From NCBI GenBank assembly GCA_030596125.1, contig JAUVKT010000005.1, forward strand, positions 1 through 57,773: 57,773 nt of DNA, in the 5' to 3' direction. Under the pieces are notes generated by a model, which did not search any database, was not told the DNA's origin, and saw only the letters and a program-made list of their open reading frames with translations. The stretch is from Bacteroidales bacterium. GTDB taxonomy: Bacteria > Bacteroidota > Bacteroidia > Bacteroidales > VadinHA17. Position numbers and translations under genes: made by a program. Shown piece after piece: positions 55,187 to 57,773 of the stretch (within the stretch, counting starts at the first letter, position 1; each line of letters starts with the position of its first letter).

Positions 55187-57007
55187 ATGCTATCCAAACA
55201 CAACAAAACACTGTTATTGAGTCTATTCTTTATTGGAGTTACAATTTCGGGTAAAGCCGATACAGAAAAGAGAGTTGTTATTCTGCATACTAATGATATG
55301 CATTCCCGGCTGGATGGATTTGCCCCTTCAGGGGAGTATTCGCCTCTTACTGTAAATGACGATAATACGATCGGAGGTTTCAGCCGGATTGCCGCCATAT
55401 TGAATAATGAAAAAAGTAAAGACCCCTCCTCTACGCTTGTTGTTGATGCAGGTGATTTTCTGATGGGCACAATATATCACTATATGGAGGAATATAACGG
55501 TTTTCAGTTACCCCTGATGAAGGATATGGGGTATGAATTTGTTGCAATAGGAAATCATGAGTTTGATTACGGACCGGATAAATTGGCCCTTATTATTGAA
55601 AAATCTGTTTCCGGAGGCGAGATTCCGCATCTTCTGCTTACAAATGCCGTCTTCGATGATAAAAATGATGAAGACAACAGATTTGAAGCTCTGTTTGACA
55701 GAGGAATTATTACCCGTACCGGCATAATAGAGAAGTCAGGAGTAAAGATCGGTCTCTTTTCACTTATGGGTGTCGATGCTGATGATGTAGCACCATTTGC
55801 ACCTCCTGTAACATTTGCCCGGCAAAAGAGGAGTGCAAAAAAAGCTGTTAAGCAGTTAAAGAAGGAGGGATGCGATATCATTATATGTTTGTCGCACAGT
55901 GGTGTGGAAAAAAATAAGCATGGTGAATGGGATGGTGAAGATGTAAAACTGGCCAAAAAGGTAAAAGGTCTTGACCTGATAATAAGCGGACATACCCATA
56001 CTGTACTTACTGAACCGGTGTTTGTAAAAGGCACACCTATTGTGCAGACAGGCGCCAACGGTTGTAATGTCGGCAAACTCGAAATATTAGTTAATAGTGA
56101 TGGGGTAACGGTAGAAAACTACACTCTCATTCCGGTTAATGACAATGTGAAAGGTGACGAGGAGATTCAGGCAAGAATAGATGGTCAGAAGAGAAAAATA
56201 TCCTCAAGTTTGTTTGAACCCCTGGGTTATGATGTAGAATCAGATTTGATCAGATCAGGGTACGAACTTCTATGTGACGAGTATGGAGACCTGGAGAATA
56301 GTAATCTTGGTCCCCTTGTTGTAGATGCAATCCATTCCTATATTAATATAAATAGTGCTGCAGGTACTGATATCAGTATGGTTGCTGCCGGGGTTATCAG
56401 GGACAGGGTGCCAACGGGGATGCTTTCGGTGCAGGATATTTTCAGGGTTGTGTCTCTTGGCTCCGGTGAAGATAATATTCCGGGCTATCCTCTTGCAAGG
56501 GTTTATGTAACCGGGATAGAGTTGAAAAGAATAGTTGAAATATTACTTGTTGCCTACAAATCGAGTCCGTCAAACTACTGCTATTATTCAGGGCTTGAAG
56601 TAGATTATAACCCTGATAAAGGGCTATTACGCAAAGTGAAATCTATCAGTATTACGGATAGTGATGGAGTGTCAACACCTGTTGACCTTAATAAGAAAAA
56701 TGAGAAATTGTATTCTGTCAGTGCAAATGTCTATATGCTTGAGTTTATCGGGATAATTAAGAAGACCACATTCGGACTTGTTAATGTTACTCCAAAGCAT
56801 GCTAATGGTGAACCGGTAGCTGACATGAAAAAGTCTGTTATTGATTTTGACAGGGAGCAGTCTGGTGTTCAGGAAGGTAAAGAGTGGATTGCGTTTGTTG
56901 AGTATCTGAAAAAAATGACAGATGTTGATGGTGACGATGTAGCAGATATGGATAAGTTTTATCTTAATCCTCCGCTAAGGATCAAGCCTGTGGGTATTTC
57001 AGATTAG
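55187..57007 (+). CDS. Secreted bifunctional metallophosphatase/5'-nucleotidase (UshA-like)
   Basis: ILHTNDMH, VDAGDF, GNHEFDYG, LSHSG and ISGHTH motifs; 5'-nucleotidase C-domain (SNLG, GVIR). Signal peptide from ATG 55187. Confidence 0.9.
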   Translation: MLSKHNKTLLLSLFFIGVTISGKADTEKRVVILHTNDMHSRLDGFAPSGEYSPLTVNDDNTIGGFSRIAAILNNEKSKDPSSTLVVDAGDFLMGTIYHYMEEYNGFQLPLMKDMGYEFVAIGNHEFDYGPDKLALIIEKSVSGGEIPHLLLTNAVFDDKNDEDNRFEALFDRGIITRTGIIEKSGVKIGLFSLMGVDADDVAPFAPPVTFARQKRSAKKAVKQLKKEGCDIIICLSHSGVEKNKHGEWDGEDVKLAKKVKGLDLIISGHTHTVLTEPVFVKGTPIVQTGANGCNVGKLEILVNSDGVTVENYTLIPVNDNVKGDEEIQARIDGQKRKISSSLFEPLGYDVESDLIRSGYELLCDEYGDLENSNLGPLVVDAIHSYININSAAGTDISMVAAGVIRDRVPTGMLSVQDIFRVVSLGSGEDNIPGYPLARVYVTGIELKRIVEILLVAYKSSPSNYCYYSGLEVDYNPDKGLLRKVKSISITDSDGVSTPVDLNKKNEKLYSVSANVYMLEFIGIIKKTTFGLVNVTPKHANGEPVADMKKSVIDFDREQSGVQEGKEWIAFVEYLKKMTDVDGDDVADMDKFYLNPPLRIKPVGISD

Positions 57008-57013
57008 CAGTCC

Positions 57014-57055
57014 TCCCTCCTTCGCTCTCCACTTCGTTTCAAGCTTCGGAAGGGC
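57014..57055 (-). repeat. Dispersed 42-bp REP-like core, copy 4
   Basis: Reverse complement of copy 1 with one terminal mismatch; its GCAGTC flank overlaps the TAG stop at 57005-57007. Confidence 0.95.
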
Positions 57056-57059
57056 AAAG

Positions 57060-57209
57060 CAGTCGGTAGTCCACAGTCTTCAGTCGGCAATCCGCAGTCG
57101 GCAATCCGCAGTCCACAGTTCACCAATTCTTCCAGTACCTGGTACCCGGTACCCGACACCCGACACCTGACACCCGGTACCCGGCACCCGGCACCCAGTA
57201 TCCAGCACC
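57060..57209 (-). repeat. Two heptamer arrays: 8 x YARTCNN (57060-57115) and 11 x YRRYAYC (57133-57209)
   Basis: CAGTCGG TAGTCCA CAGTCTT CAGTCGG CAATCCG..., then CAGTACC TGGTACC CGGTACC CGACACC...CAGCACC. Confidence 0.9.
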
Positions 57210-57294
57210 TCCATTCTTCCACTCTTTTAGTCGTAACCTCTGAATCTCAAACATGATCTTTGGTACACTATTACCAAAAATCATTATTATAAGG

Positions 57295-57302
57295 TAAATT
57301 TG
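57295..57302 (+). promoter_or_regulatory. -7 box (TAAATTTG)
   Basis: Exact match just upstream of the final partial CDS. Confidence 0.55.
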
Positions 57303-57323
57303 TACCTGTAATGTTAAATTCTA

Positions 57324-57773
57324 TTGAAATTGAGGACTCAATATTTTAATAAAGATGAGTATCATACTCAGGAGACTGTCCAAAAAAAGGGAATCTTCAG
57401 GACACTGAAAAGTTCAAGATTCGTTTTCCTGGTCAGATTTTTAGGTGTTATATTAAGATCCAGGCGTATGGTTAAAAAGGGTAGTTATGGCCGGCACGAA
57501 TGGTCTGAAACTTCTATGGAAGTTTTCAGACTGGTGGAAGATAGCGGGGGAATATTTCATATAAGCGGTTTTGATAATATAAGAGACCTGAATGAGCCGG
57601 TTGTTTTTATCAGCAATCATATGAGTACGCTCGAGACAATGGTGTTTCCATCCTTAATAGCTCCTTTTATGGATGCAACATTCGTTGTAAAGGATAATCT
57701 TGTCGAAAACCGGGTTTTCGGTCCTATTATAGGATCAAGGAACCCAATTGTTGTATCCAGGGAAAACTCCAGG
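57324..57773 (+). CDS. 1-acyl-sn-glycerol-3-phosphate acyltransferase family protein (partial, runs off the window)
   Basis: Open frame from TTG 57324 or 57330: ...PVVFISNHMSTLETMVFP...FVVKDNL...FGPI. The NH-x4-E motif is a variant of PlsC HxxxxD. Confidence 0.75.
   Translation, partial: MKLRTQYFNKDEYHTQETVQKKGIFRTLKSSRFVFLVRFLGVILRSRRMVKKGSYGRHEWSETSMEVFRLVEDSGGIFHISGFDNIRDLNEPVVFISNHMSTLETMVFPSLIAPFMDATFVVKDNLVENRVFGPIIGSRNPIVVSRENSR

Noticed and set aside
1784-56076. Numerous 60-170 aa ORFs nested antisense or out of frame within long genes
   Set aside because: They are shadow ORFs of well-supported CDSs, with no independent motifs or expression signals.
57004-57222. 72-aa Cys/Arg/Gly-rich minus-strand ORF
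   Set aside because: Composed of repeat arrays and core copy 4.

Overview
Chromosomal segment of a Bacteroidota organism, most likely Bacteroidales. The assignment rests on TAnnTTTG -7 promoter boxes, a porV-porU/porP-like-gldJ-murF T9SS block and alaS-M23-MerR synteny. Bases 1-10,000 look accessory: mixed GC content, a patatin-barrel fusion, a MATE/DUF1846 pair, and an attC-like site bounding a 295-bp cassette-like unit that encodes an unannotated 32-aa Lys-rich protein. The remainder is mostly housekeeping and envelope genes. The most notable observations are: (1) four copies of a composite intergenic element, made of a near-invariant 42-bp CGAAG-rich hairpin core joined to locus-specific 7-/9-mer tandem arrays, always in the same orientation just 3' of a gene; (2) an operon of four TPR-PD40 paralogues, each with a different C-terminal anchor (TM tail, none, SPOR-like, OmpA plus two SPOR-like); (3) the integron-cassette-like unit; (4) an unannotated structured ncRNA, possibly a divergent SRP RNA. 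I found no rRNA, tRNA, CRISPR array, transposase or integrase. All protein calls come from motif recognition by eye, not from database searches.
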